A stretch of 64,000 bases of DNA from Clostridia bacterium (GTDB lineage Bacteria; Bacillota; Clostridia; Christensenellales; CAG-314): assembly GCA_017500855.1 (NCBI GenBank), contig JAFVYC010000039.1:12064-76063 (forward strand). The letters run 5' to 3'. This document shows positions 54,388-62,491 of this stretch, piece by piece. Position 1 is the stretch's first letter. Each line of letters begins with the position of its first letter. The translations under genes and the position numbers were made by a program. The notes below the pieces were generated by a model. It saw only the letters and a list, made by a program, of their open reading frames with translations. It had not been told where the DNA came from and made no database searches.

Positions 54388-57300
54388 ATGAGAAGCACCA
54401 AAAAAGGTTTCACCCTGGTTGAATTGCTGGTTGTGATTGCAATCTTGGCAATTTTGGCAACAGTTTCTGTTGTTGGCTACACTGCGTTCATAGAAAAGGC
54501 GCACCAAAGCGTGGCAATGCAGGAAATGACACAAATTCGCAACGCCCTTGTTGCGGAAGACATCATAAACAACTACTTCAATTTGGAAGATGGCATCAGT
54601 GGTGAAGGCATTGAAACAGTCTACGCAGACGAAGGCGACCCTGTTGGCGGACAAAGCGAAGCATTCTATGTTTTGGAATTTGTGAAAGAACTTGGCATTG
54701 CAGGCACGTTTGAAGTGTCCGAAGGCAAACTTTTGTTCTCCCCTGCAGGCAAAGATGCAACAGCAACTTGCGACTTTGTTACCGGCGAAATCTCCACTGC
54801 AAAAGGTGCTTTGGAAGACAATGATCAATCTACAGAACCTGTTGTTTGTCCACACACAAACGTAACTGCAACGGGAACAGACGCAACTTGCACAGAACCT
54901 GGATTCACCACCAGCACATGTGATGATTGTGGCGAAATTGTTTTTAACCAAGAAATCCCTGCAACTGGTCACGATTGGGCTGATGCTGATTGCGACACTC
55001 CAAAAACTTGTACAGTTTGTGGCGCAACTGATGGCGAAGCACTTGGTCACGATGAAGTGGAACACGAAGCACAAGCTCCTACTTGCACCACAATTGGCTG
55101 GGATGCTTACGTTACATGTACCCGTTGCGACTACACCACATATGTAGAAAAGAGCGCAACTGGACACACACCAAATGAAGATGATGACGACTGTACAACA
55201 GCTGTAACTTGCCAAAACTGCGACCACGTTTTTGTTGAAGCAAAAGAGCACGTTGCACCAGACACTGGTATTCTAGATTGCACTGTAGATATCGAATGTG
55301 CAAACGATGGTTGCGACTACGTTATTCGTGAAGGAAACGACAACCACACACCTGGCGCAGATGACGGCGATTGCACAACACCAATCTATTGCAGCAATGA
55401 ATATTGTGATCAAATTGCTGTAGAAGCAAAAGAACACGTTGCTGGCGGAGCTGTTAGAGAAAACGAAGTTGATGCTACTTGCACAACCGCAGGCTCCTAC
55501 GACAGCGTAGTTTACTGCACCGCTTGTAATGCAGAAATCTCTCGCACACCTGAAACAATCCCTGCAACTGGTCACACACTCGGCGAAGATGACAAGTGCG
55601 CAAATTGTGGTATTCCATGCCAAAAAGTTACAATTTCTTTTGCTGATGTAGCAAATCGTACGGAATTTTCTGCTACAAAACAAGTTTGGGAACAAAATGG
55701 GATCGTTGTTACAAACAACAAGGCTTCCAGCACAACCAATGTAGCAGACTATTCAAACCCTGCACGTTTTTATAAAGGTTCCGAACTTATCATTTCTTAT
55801 GTACAAATTGAGAAAATTGTATTTAATTGCAAAGAAGGTGCTGCTGATCTAAACAGTTGCCTTTCCGACGCAACAACAAATGGAGAAACAGTAACTGCAA
55901 CCTTCTCCGACAGCCCTGATTCTGTTTCTATCGATTTGACCGCTGGCAAGGTATTTATTTACACAATTGAAGTCTATACATTCTATGTTTGTCCACATGA
56001 AAATACTTCTACAAGCGAAGTTCCTCCAACATGTACAGAAGCAGGTTACACCATCACCACATGCGATTTCTGTGGTACTGAATTGAGTAGAATTGATGGC
56101 GAACCTGCAACAGGTCACACAGTAGTTGTTGATGAAGCAGTAGAAGCAGGATGCACATCTACAGGTTTGACAGAGGGCAAACATTGTGATGTTTGTGGCG
56201 AAACTCTTGAAAAACAAGAAGTAGTTGATGCTACTGGTCACGACTATGTTGACGGAAAATGTTCTGTTTGCCAAGCAATTGAACCTAGTGAAGAACAAAT
56301 AGGATTGCTTGCAACATTCACAATGGGCGAAGATGGCAATGCAACACACGTGGACGGCTCTAGCGACAAAGCAAGCTATAGCGAAACTGTAGGCGAATAC
56401 ACACTAAATTTGACTGGTGCTTCAAAAATGTACCCAGATTCTATTGATGCCAAAGGTAATGGAGCCTTGAAACTTGGCGCTAGCAGTGCTGCAGGAAAAT
56501 TCACCCTAACTGTAGGAGATAATATTACCAAGGTTGTTATTCACATTGCTGGTTATAAAAATAATACCGCAAAAGTGACAATCAACGGAACTACTCATAC
56601 AATTTCAACATTGTCTAATAATGGTGAATACGAAGCAATTGAAATTGACACAACTGCGAATAAAACAATTACCTTTACAACAGCTTCAGGCGGTTGGCGT
56701 GCGATGGTAAACACAATTGAGTTCTATGGCGTTGGTGGTAGCACAACACCAGATTCTGGCGAAGGCGAAGGTGGCGAAACTCCGGATATTGGCGAAGGTG
56801 GCGGAACAGCAGACCTGAATACGCTTTCAACGAGTACAAGTTATGGTAAATCTACAACTGAGGATGGTTGGGTAGCAACAAACTCAGCAGTGCTTAAGGG
56901 TGGTACATCCAATGCTAGCCCTGTGTTCTCTTGTATAGGCACTGAAGAAGATTTCGCTGTGTGTCTAAACGGAAAAACATCCGCAAAAGGAAGTTTGGTG
57001 TCACCAACTCTTTCGGGAGGTATTTCTAAACTAACATTCAATTGGACTGCTGTATTTGGAGATTCTAAACTTGGAGGAACAATCACAATTAAAGATACAC
57101 AAGGCAACACACTTGCAACATACACTTTTGGCTCCAACAGCGTGACTAAATTTAATGTTCAAGCAGAAACATGGGAGTTGGAAACACCTATTGCAGGTGA
57201 TTTTACAATTGAAATCGTAAATAATTGTCCAAGCAACAATAATAGCAATGGCGATAGACTTGCTATTTGGAACATTACTTGGGAAGGCTATGCCGAATAA
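54388..57300 (+). CDS. Modular type IV pilin-like protein with Cys-rich CxxC repeat region and C-terminal beta-rich domains
   Basis: ORF 54307-57300. ATG 54388 follows AAGGAGA. MRSTKKG|FTLVELLVVIAILAILA. The first about 150 aa are homologous to the LRR pilin N-terminus. Followed by at least 6 repeats of C..(P/A)G(F/Y/W)....C..C(G/N).......PA(T/L)GH, a GEGEGGE linker and C-terminal beta domains. Confidence 0.8.
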   Translation: MRSTKKGFTLVELLVVIAILAILATVSVVGYTAFIEKAHQSVAMQEMTQIRNALVAEDIINNYFNLEDGISGEGIETVYADEGDPVGGQSEAFYVLEFVKELGIAGTFEVSEGKLLFSPAGKDATATCDFVTGEISTAKGALEDNDQSTEPVVCPHTNVTATGTDATCTEPGFTTSTCDDCGEIVFNQEIPATGHDWADADCDTPKTCTVCGATDGEALGHDEVEHEAQAPTCTTIGWDAYVTCTRCDYTTYVEKSATGHTPNEDDDDCTTAVTCQNCDHVFVEAKEHVAPDTGILDCTVDIECANDGCDYVIREGNDNHTPGADDGDCTTPIYCSNEYCDQIAVEAKEHVAGGAVRENEVDATCTTAGSYDSVVYCTACNAEISRTPETIPATGHTLGEDDKCANCGIPCQKVTISFADVANRTEFSATKQVWEQNGIVVTNNKASSTTNVADYSNPARFYKGSELIISYVQIEKIVFNCKEGAADLNSCLSDATTNGETVTATFSDSPDSVSIDLTAGKVFIYTIEVYTFYVCPHENTSTSEVPPTCTEAGYTITTCDFCGTELSRIDGEPATGHTVVVDEAVEAGCTSTGLTEGKHCDVCGETLEKQEVVDATGHDYVDGKCSVCQAIEPSEEQIGLLATFTMGEDGNATHVDGSSDKASYSETVGEYTLNLTGASKMYPDSIDAKGNGALKLGASSAAGKFTLTVGDNITKVVIHIAGYKNNTAKVTINGTTHTISTLSNNGEYEAIEIDTTANKTITFTTASGGWRAMVNTIEFYGVGGSTTPDSGEGEGGETPDIGEGGGTADLNTLSTSTSYGKSTTEDGWVATNSAVLKGGTSNASPVFSCIGTEEDFAVCLNGKTSAKGSLVSPTLSGGISKLTFNWTAVFGDSKLGGTITIKDTQGNTLATYTFGSNSVTKFNVQAETWELETPIAGDFTIEIVNNCPSNNNSNGDRLAIWNITWEGYAE

Positions 57301-57320
57301 CCCCCCCCCCAAACACCCCA

Positions 57321-57352
57321 AGGGGCGAACGAAAGTTCGCCTCTTTTTTTTT
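57321..57352 (+). terminator. Intrinsic terminator of the pilin locus
   Basis: (AGG)GGCGAAC-gaaa-GTTCGCC(TCT) stem followed by T9. Confidence 0.8.
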
Positions 57353-57380
57353 GCTTTGGCAAGGGTTTTGTCTACGTTTT

Positions 57381-57578
57381 GGACCGTCGGGGACGCCGTT
57401 CCCTACAAGGGCAATATTGAGCCGTGTTGTCAAAAAAAATATCTGCCACCATATTGTGAAAAAAAATTTTGGAGCAAGCCTTGCTTGGAAGTCCACTTTG
57501 GTTGAAAATGTGCAAAAGAACCCAAAACAACGTTTGCGGACCATCGGGGACGTCGTTCCCTACAAGGCAATACTGGGC
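57381..57578. repeat. Two inverted-orientation copies of REP family 1
   Basis: 57381-57423 GGACCGTCGGGGACGCCGTTCCCTACAAGGGCAATATTGAGCC and 57537-57578 CGGACCATCGGGGACGTCGTTCCCTACAAGGCAATACTGGGC. Both are reverse complements (degenerate) of the 51848/52450 element. Confidence 0.8.
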
Positions 57579-57632
57579 GTGTTGCCACACACAAGACCTC
57601 TGTCGGCAAAGCAATTCCACCACTTTTTGCAA

Positions 57633-57660
57633 CAAAAAAGCACCACCGCTTGGGTGATGC
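57633..57660 (-). terminator. Terminator of the NYN-domain gene
   Basis: Minus strand reads GCATCACC-caagc-GGTGGTGC followed by T6. Confidence 0.65.
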
Positions 57661-57684
57661 ATTTGTTTTCTGTTGGGTTGCAAC

Positions 57685-58497
57685 CTAGTTTTCGGACAAA
57701 TCAAGCAGTTTTTTGATTTGGTCAAGAAGTTCGTCGGTGTTGCCATCGGCAGGGGTTTGTTGCACCTTGCCAAGCAGGTCGGCGCCGGTTGTGGAAGATG
57801 CCGTTTGGTCGCCCTTGAGGGAAGCAATTTTGTCCATTAGCGACTTTGTTTCCGCCATGATGTCGCCACTTGGTGTTGGTTGTGGGGCAACGGGTGGCTC
57901 AACGTGCACGGCAACGTCCGCACCACCACGAAGGCGACGGATTTCGTCCAACAGGGCTTCGGTTTTTTGCACGGATGGGTTCTTGGCAACGGGTTGGGTT
58001 GCCTTGGGTGCGCTTGTGGGCGCTTGCTTGAAAGAGTGCTTCTTGATGGGCAATTTGAGGGTTGGTTCCACGCCTGTGTCGATTTTTTCCGAAACAAGCG
58101 CCATGGAAGCCTCGTCGGCATTGTCGCAAGCAACAACGGCAATTCCACGTTTGCGAAGGAAACTGTAGAAATGCACCATGTCGTGCGGGGCGGAAACAAC
58201 CACAACTGTGTCTACAAGTGGGTTGGAGCAAACAACTTCCGTTGCATCCACCAAAATGCGATGGTCAAAAACCTTGTTGCCACGCTTTTTCAAGCGCAAG
58301 GGCATGTACAGGGTGAAGCCACGCTTGTTGGCATGGTGAAGAACGGCACGGTGGCGCTTGTCTGTTGCGCCGTACACAGCGCCAAACAAAATTTCGCCCA
58401 TTTCTTCGGCTTGTTCCACCACGGTTTCGTAGTGGGTGTAGGTCATGGATGTGTTTGCCACGTCCACAAACAACGCAATTTTTCTGTTTTGAAGCAT
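57685..58497 (-). CDS. NYN-domain (LabA/DUF88-like) protein with a low-complexity C-terminal tail
   Basis: ORF 57685-58527. Start moved to ATG 58497 (GGAGGT SD). KIALFVDVAN... TVVVVSAPHD ... IAVVACDNA pattern of NYN/LabA nuclease-like domains. P/A/T/Q-rich tail. Confidence 0.7.
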   Translation of the reverse strand: MLQNRKIALFVDVANTSMTYTHYETVVEQAEEMGEILFGAVYGATDKRHRAVLHHANKRGFTLYMPLRLKKRGNKVFDHRILVDATEVVCSNPLVDTVVVVSAPHDMVHFYSFLRKRGIAVVACDNADEASMALVSEKIDTGVEPTLKLPIKKHSFKQAPTSAPKATQPVAKNPSVQKTEALLDEIRRLRGGADVAVHVEPPVAPQPTPSGDIMAETKSLMDKIASLKGDQTASSTTGADLLGKVQQTPADGNTDELLDQIKKLLDLSEN

Positions 58498-58564
58498 GTT
58501 GCTACCTCCAATTTGTGCAAGTTGCACGGTGGGATGTTTTTGTTTGAATATATTTTACAGCAAA

Positions 58565-59383
58565 TTAGCCATTTTGTCCATACTTTCGTTGGTAGTAAAA
58601 CAAATATTGTTGGCAAAGGCCGGCATCTTGCCCAAAAAGATTGCAGAAAAATGCCGAAAGTTGCGTGTCCTTGTGGCCAGCCTCGAAGTGGGCGTGGTAC
58701 ACCTTTTTGAGCCAAGTGTCCACAGGGAACACGTCGCCACGGTGCATGCCGAACAGCAAAATGCAATCGGCAACCTTGGGGCCAACGCCGGGCAAAGTTA
58801 GCAACTGCTTGCGAGCCTCGTCCGTTGGCAAATTGCGCAGTTCCTCCAACGGGAAAGTTAGCAGTTTTTGCGCAGTTTGCTTCAAGAATTTGTCTCGGTA
58901 GCCTGCACCAATGGACGTGTAGAACTCAACAGGCGCATTTGCCATTGCTTGCACGGTGGGGAAAGCCCTGCCGTAGGGTGTTGGTTCGCCCAAAGCGTTG
59001 CACAGCCTTTCCACAATGGTTTGGATGCGCTTGATGTTGTTGTTTGCCGAAATGATGAAGCAAAACACCATTTCCGTCAAGTCTTGGTTGAGGATGCGAA
59101 TGCCCTTGCCACACTGCACTGCCTTTTGCATGATGGGCGACATTGCCGAAATGCGGTCCACCTTGCTTTGGTAGTCTGTTTGCAAATCGAAAAAGTGGCG
59201 GAAGTAGTCCGGGTGGTCGGTGGAAATTTCCACGGCGTTGGGCAGTTGGCGAACGATGGCAAATTTGTTTTGGGAAAACACGTGGAAAGTGTTTGCATCA
59301 ATTTGCTTGTAGCGGAAAATTTGCCCGCACTCCAAAGTGTCTTGCACGTTGAAGCAGTTTGCCGAAACTAAAAAAGTTTGCAT
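58565..59383 (-). CDS. ogg: 8-oxoguanine DNA glycosylase (OGG1-type HhH-GPD)
   Basis: ECGQIFRY N-domain, ISANNNIKRI, HhH LPGVGPKVADCILLFG, and the catalytic region FPVDTW. Confidence 0.82.
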   Translation of the reverse strand: MQTFLVSANCFNVQDTLECGQIFRYKQIDANTFHVFSQNKFAIVRQLPNAVEISTDHPDYFRHFFDLQTDYQSKVDRISAMSPIMQKAVQCGKGIRILNQDLTEMVFCFIISANNNIKRIQTIVERLCNALGEPTPYGRAFPTVQAMANAPVEFYTSIGAGYRDKFLKQTAQKLLTFPLEELRNLPTDEARKQLLTLPGVGPKVADCILLFGMHRGDVFPVDTWLKKVYHAHFEAGHKDTQLSAFFCNLFGQDAGLCQQYLFYYQRKYGQNG

Positions 59384-59432
59384 TTTGCATGCCTCCTTGG
59401 AAAATTTTGAAGGGTTGTTGCCCTTGCAAAAT

Positions 59433-59791
59433 TGTTGGTTTTTGTTGGTTTTGATTTTGTTTTGTCTAAAATTTTTGTTTTTTGTAAATTATTTTAGATT
59501 TTTGTTAGTTTTTGTTTTTTATTTTCTAAAAAATTTGTTTTTTGTTTTTTATTTTGGTTTTTTGTAGTTTTTGATTTTGTTTTGTCTAAAATTTTTGTTT
59601 TTTGTAGATTATTTTAGATTTTTGTTGGATTTTGTTTTTAATTTTCCAAATAATTAGTTTTTTGTTGGTTTTGGTAGTTTTTTGTATTTATTTATTGGAT
59701 TTTTTCCAAAAACCTAGTTTTTTGTTTGTTTTTGTTTTTAATTTTCCAAAAAATTAGTTTTTTGTTTGTTTTTGTAGATTTTTGTTTGTTG
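59433..59791. repeat. Strand-asymmetric T/G-rich repeat array (period about 120 bp with 40-60-bp sub-units)
   Basis: GATTTTGTTTTGTCTAAAATTTTTGTTTTTTGTA(A/G)ATTATTTTAGATTTTTGTT starts at both 59453 and 59573. The later units end in TTTTCCAAA(T/A)AA(TT/CC)TAG. About a dozen C residues in about 360 nt, all in T(C)CWAAA/CCTAG words. Confidence 0.85.
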
Positions 59792-60108
59792 AAACACAAA
59801 AGTCACCAATTTTGCTGTGCAAGGTGGTTGCAAAGGGTTGCAAATGTGTGCGCCATCCCTGATTTTTGCGCCACCAAGGCAAAATGCTCACGCTTGTGGT
59901 TGAAGTTGGTTGACACTAGCAAAACTGCAACTTGTGGTTTGGGGCGCACACGGCAACAAAAGGTGGTTGGGGAGGGAGGGGCGGGGAGTTTCCTTGCGGA
60001 ACAGGCGTTGCAAGGCAAAAATTTTGGTGCGCAAAAGTACAGCCTCAACTCTCCACAAGCCCAAAGGCACAAATGGCAATCCAGCCCAAAAACTAGCCAA
60101 AAATGCAT

Positions 60109-60135
60109 AAAGGCACGATGTGGTATCGTGCCTTT
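60109..60135 (-). terminator. Terminator of the rplU-prp-rpmA operon
   Basis: AAAGGCACGAT-gtggt-ATCGTGCCTTT 11-bp stem directly after the rpmA stop. Confidence 0.65.
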
Positions 60136-60153
60136 GTTGTGTTAGATTTTTTG

Positions 60154-60438
60154 TTATTCGCAAACGGGATAGACGGAAACTTGTCTTCTTGTTTTGTCCT
60201 TGCGTTCGAATTTTACAACGCCATCTACCAATGCAAACAATGTGTCGTCCTTGCCGATACCAACGTTGTTACCGGGGTGGAAGTGTGTGCCACGTTGTCT
60301 AACAAGAATATTTCCTGCACGAGCCATTTGTCCGTCGGCACGCTTTGCGCCAAGACGTTTGGATTCGCTGTCACGACCGTTTTTAGTGCTACCCACACCT
60401 TTCTTGTGAGCAAACAACTGCAACTTAATGAACATCAT
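60154..60438 (-). CDS. rpmA: 50S ribosomal protein L27 (with N-terminal propeptide)
   Basis: [10 protein letters not shown]|[20 protein letters not shown]... is a canonical L27 core preceded by the Firmicute-type extension removed by Prp. Confidence 0.95.
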   Translation of the reverse strand: MMFIKLQLFAHKKGVGSTKNGRDSESKRLGAKRADGQMARAGNILVRQRGTHFHPGNNVGIGKDDTLFALVDGVVKFERKDKTRRQVSVYPVCE

Positions 60439-60439
60439 G

Positions 60440-60769
60440 TTAAATTACCTCCAAATTGATGTAGTCGGAATACTCTGTGTAAAAATCGTCCAAACCGCAC
60501 AGCATTGTGTTGAGAACAACGTCGGCATCGTGCCTTTCCTGTGGGGTGAGATTTTGTGGCAAAGTAAACCTGAGTGAGCCTTGTTCCTCGTCCGTAGTGT
60601 ACTTGACGTTGATGCCAACCACTTTGAGTAGCCCCAACAGGGCCGACTGAATAAGTGTGGAAACGCCTGCGCAAACAATGTCTTCGCCTTGCTCGCCGTA
60701 GCCTGTGTGGCCGGAAGCAACTACTTCGACGATGGATTTTCCTTTTCTGATTACCGTGATATCTGTCAT
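60440..60769 (-). CDS. prp: Ribosomal-processing cysteine protease Prp (YsxB)
   Basis: 109 aa, located between rplU and rpmA. ASGHTGY...DIVCAGVS holds the His/Cys dyad. Confidence 0.9.
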   Translation of the reverse strand: MTDITVIRKGKSIVEVVASGHTGYGEQGEDIVCAGVSTLIQSALLGLLKVVGINVKYTTDEEQGSLRFTLPQNLTPQERHDADVVLNTMLCGLDDFYTEYSDYINLEVI

Positions 60770-61077
60770 TAGCCGATGGAAATTGTGTTAACCTTCAACT
60801 TTGTGTAAGGTTGTCTGTGACCTTGACGCTTACGGATGTTTTTCTTTGCTTTGTAGGTGAAGATGTGCAATTTCTTGCCTTTGCCATGCTCTACTACTGT
60901 TGCAAGTACTTTAACTTTGGATGCATCTGCGCCAGCGTACACGTTTGTGTCGTCGCTTGCCAAAACTACTTCCAATTCAACTGTGGAATCTACTTCGGCA
61001 TTCAAAAGTTCTGTTTCGAAAACAAGACCTTCTGTAACCTTGTATTGCTTGCCACCTGTTTTAACAATTGCGTACAT
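60769..61077 (-). CDS. rplU: 50S ribosomal protein L21
   Basis: MYAIVKTGGKQYKVTEG... KAKKNIRKRQGHRQPYTKLKV. Confidence 0.95.
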   Translation of the reverse strand: MYAIVKTGGKQYKVTEGLVFETELLNAEVDSTVELEVVLASDDTNVYAGADASKVKVLATVVEHGKGKKLHIFTYKAKKNIRKRQGHRQPYTKLKVNTISIG

Positions 61078-61171
61078 GTTGTGTTACCTCCCATTCTAGA
61101 GTCTCGCTAAACAAGGGTGATTGAAAACTTCAATGCTTGACAAATGAACCCTTTCTATGCGGCCGTTATAT

Positions 61172-61200
61172 ATTTTACTGTACAATGCTTTTTTTGTCAA
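61172..61200 (-). promoter_or_regulatory. Promoter of the rplU operon (about 90-nt leader)
   Basis: Minus strand reads TTGACA (61200-61195), 17 nt, TAAAAT (61177-61172). The leader contains an AGGGT...ACCCT hairpin. Confidence 0.6.
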
Positions 61201-61344
61201 CAAATTTCACGCCTTTTTGCAACCTTTTGGCGCAATTTTTTTGACTTTTTTGCAAATTGCAACCTTGCAAAGCGCAACAACGCAATGCAGAACAAATTCC
61301 CATCCCCCACCACGGATTTTTGCCACAAAACGCACAGTCCGTTG

Positions 61345-61554
61345 CAAAAACCCTGCGCTTGCAATGGCGCTGTTGCAACGCCTTTCCATCAAACAAGGCA
61401 AGACCGTGTCTGTGATGATGCCCTATGCCGACAGTTTTAAGTACGTTGCCGATTGGTACTGCCAACTTTGGGGCGAAAGCCTTGGCAAGGAAAAGGATGT
61501 GGACGGCAACCTTGTCAACGTTGGTCAAACACCGTTGAAGTGCTTTGGCGCAAC
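61345..61554 (+). pseudogene. Internal fragment of pgi (210 bp, inverted duplicate of 45190-45399)
   Basis: 7 mismatches in 210 nt versus the sense strand of pgi by manual alignment. Encodes KNPALAMALLQRLSIKQGKTVSVMMPYADSFKYVADWYCQLWGESLGKEKDVDGNLVNVGQTPLKCFGA. No start, no RBS, and homology ends abruptly at both sides. Confidence 0.85.
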
Positions 61555-61682
61555 TGTTTTGTGACAACTTGGTGCTAGAAAGTGACCTTTCTACACAAAC
61601 AACGTTGACACAACGCAAAAAAAACGCATAGATTTTGCAAAAAACAGCCACACTAGAAACATCAAAACAAAAGGAGAACGGT

Positions 61683-61844
61683 ATGCCAAAAAGCAAACAA
61701 AACAATCACGAGTACTACGCCAACTACGAAACTTGCCGAAACAGGATGTTCGACCTGTACGACATGGACGACCAAATTGAAGATTTCCATTTGGATTTTG
61801 CCAGCGCATTTTTGGGGGATGACAATGCAAACAACGGAAAATAA
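61683..61844 (+). CDS. Small acidic hypothetical protein (53 aa)
   Basis: ATG after AAAGGAGAA. MPKSKQNNHEYYANYETCRNRMFDLYDMDDQIEDFHLDF... Confidence 0.45.
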   Translation: MPKSKQNNHEYYANYETCRNRMFDLYDMDDQIEDFHLDFASAFLGDDNANNGK

Positions 61845-62280
61845 TTGCAACGTGCTTGCCACCAAGGAAGTCGTTTCCGACCTGTACAAAAACGTGACGA
61901 TGAACGTGCATTCCATCAAGGTGCTTGTGCCACTTGTGTACAACGAGGAAATGAAAGCAATGCTGAACAAGCAATTGCAAACCTACCAAGACTACACCAA
62001 CCAAGTGGAAAAGTTGTGCCAAACGTTGAATTTTGCGCCCACGCCTGCCCCAAAAGCAGTAATTCTTATGGCGGAAATGGGGCTGAAAAGCAAGATGATT
62101 GCCAACAAAAGCACTACCCACGTGGCAAAAATTATGCTTCAAGGCACTTTGAACGGAATAATAGATTTGTACCGATTGCTAAACCACAAAGCCGACGTAC
62201 ACCCCGAAGTTGTGCTGTTGGCAAAGCAAGTGTTGCGCTACGAAGAAGGTTGCTTGGAAAACGTAAAAGCCTTTTTGTGA
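61825..62280 (+). CDS. Hypothetical helical protein (151 aa; weak CotF/four-helix-bundle-like pattern)
   Basis: In frame with ORF 61777-62280. ATG 61825 follows GGGGA. Overlaps the upstream gene by 20 nt. Predicted all-helical. Confidence 0.5.
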   Translation: MQTTENNCNVLATKEVVSDLYKNVTMNVHSIKVLVPLVYNEEMKAMLNKQLQTYQDYTNQVEKLCQTLNFAPTPAPKAVILMAEMGLKSKMIANKSTTHVAKIMLQGTLNGIIDLYRLLNHKADVHPEVVLLAKQVLRYEEGCLENVKAFL

Positions 62281-62397
62281 GCAAAAAAAAATGAGCAAGA
62301 CTAGAAGGAAACTTTGCCTTTTACCCTTGCTCTTTTTTGTTTGTGTTGTGTTGACAAATTGTAGAATTCAATACTTGCGCTTTTCTAGTGCAAAAGC

Positions 62398-62471
62398 GCC
62401 CACCCGTGGTGCGAAATTACAACGTTTTGCAAATTTCTTCCACAATTTGTTGTGGGCTTTTGCCGTTGGCA
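62398..62471. repeat. 74-bp direct repeat copy 1 (orphan copy of the aroK 3' end plus downstream palindrome)
   Basis: 68/74 identical to 63024-63097 by manual alignment. The minus strand would read ANGKSPQQIVEEICKTL*, versus the genuine aroK end ANGKTPQQIVEEICKAL*. Confidence 0.85.
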
Positions 62472-62491
62472 AATTGCGCCGATTGTTTGCA

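Noticed and set aside
59337-59567. 76-aa F/L/V-rich ORF (and 59726-60145) in the T-rich array as small membrane proteins.
   Set aside because: These are translations of poly-T/G low-complexity repeats. There is no RBS, and the frame is maintained only by the repeat structure.
61157-61564. 135-aa plus-strand ORF as a genuine gene.
   Set aside because: Its only protein-like part is the 210-bp duplicated internal pgi fragment. The upstream part is spacer sequence, with no RBS and no start at the homology border.
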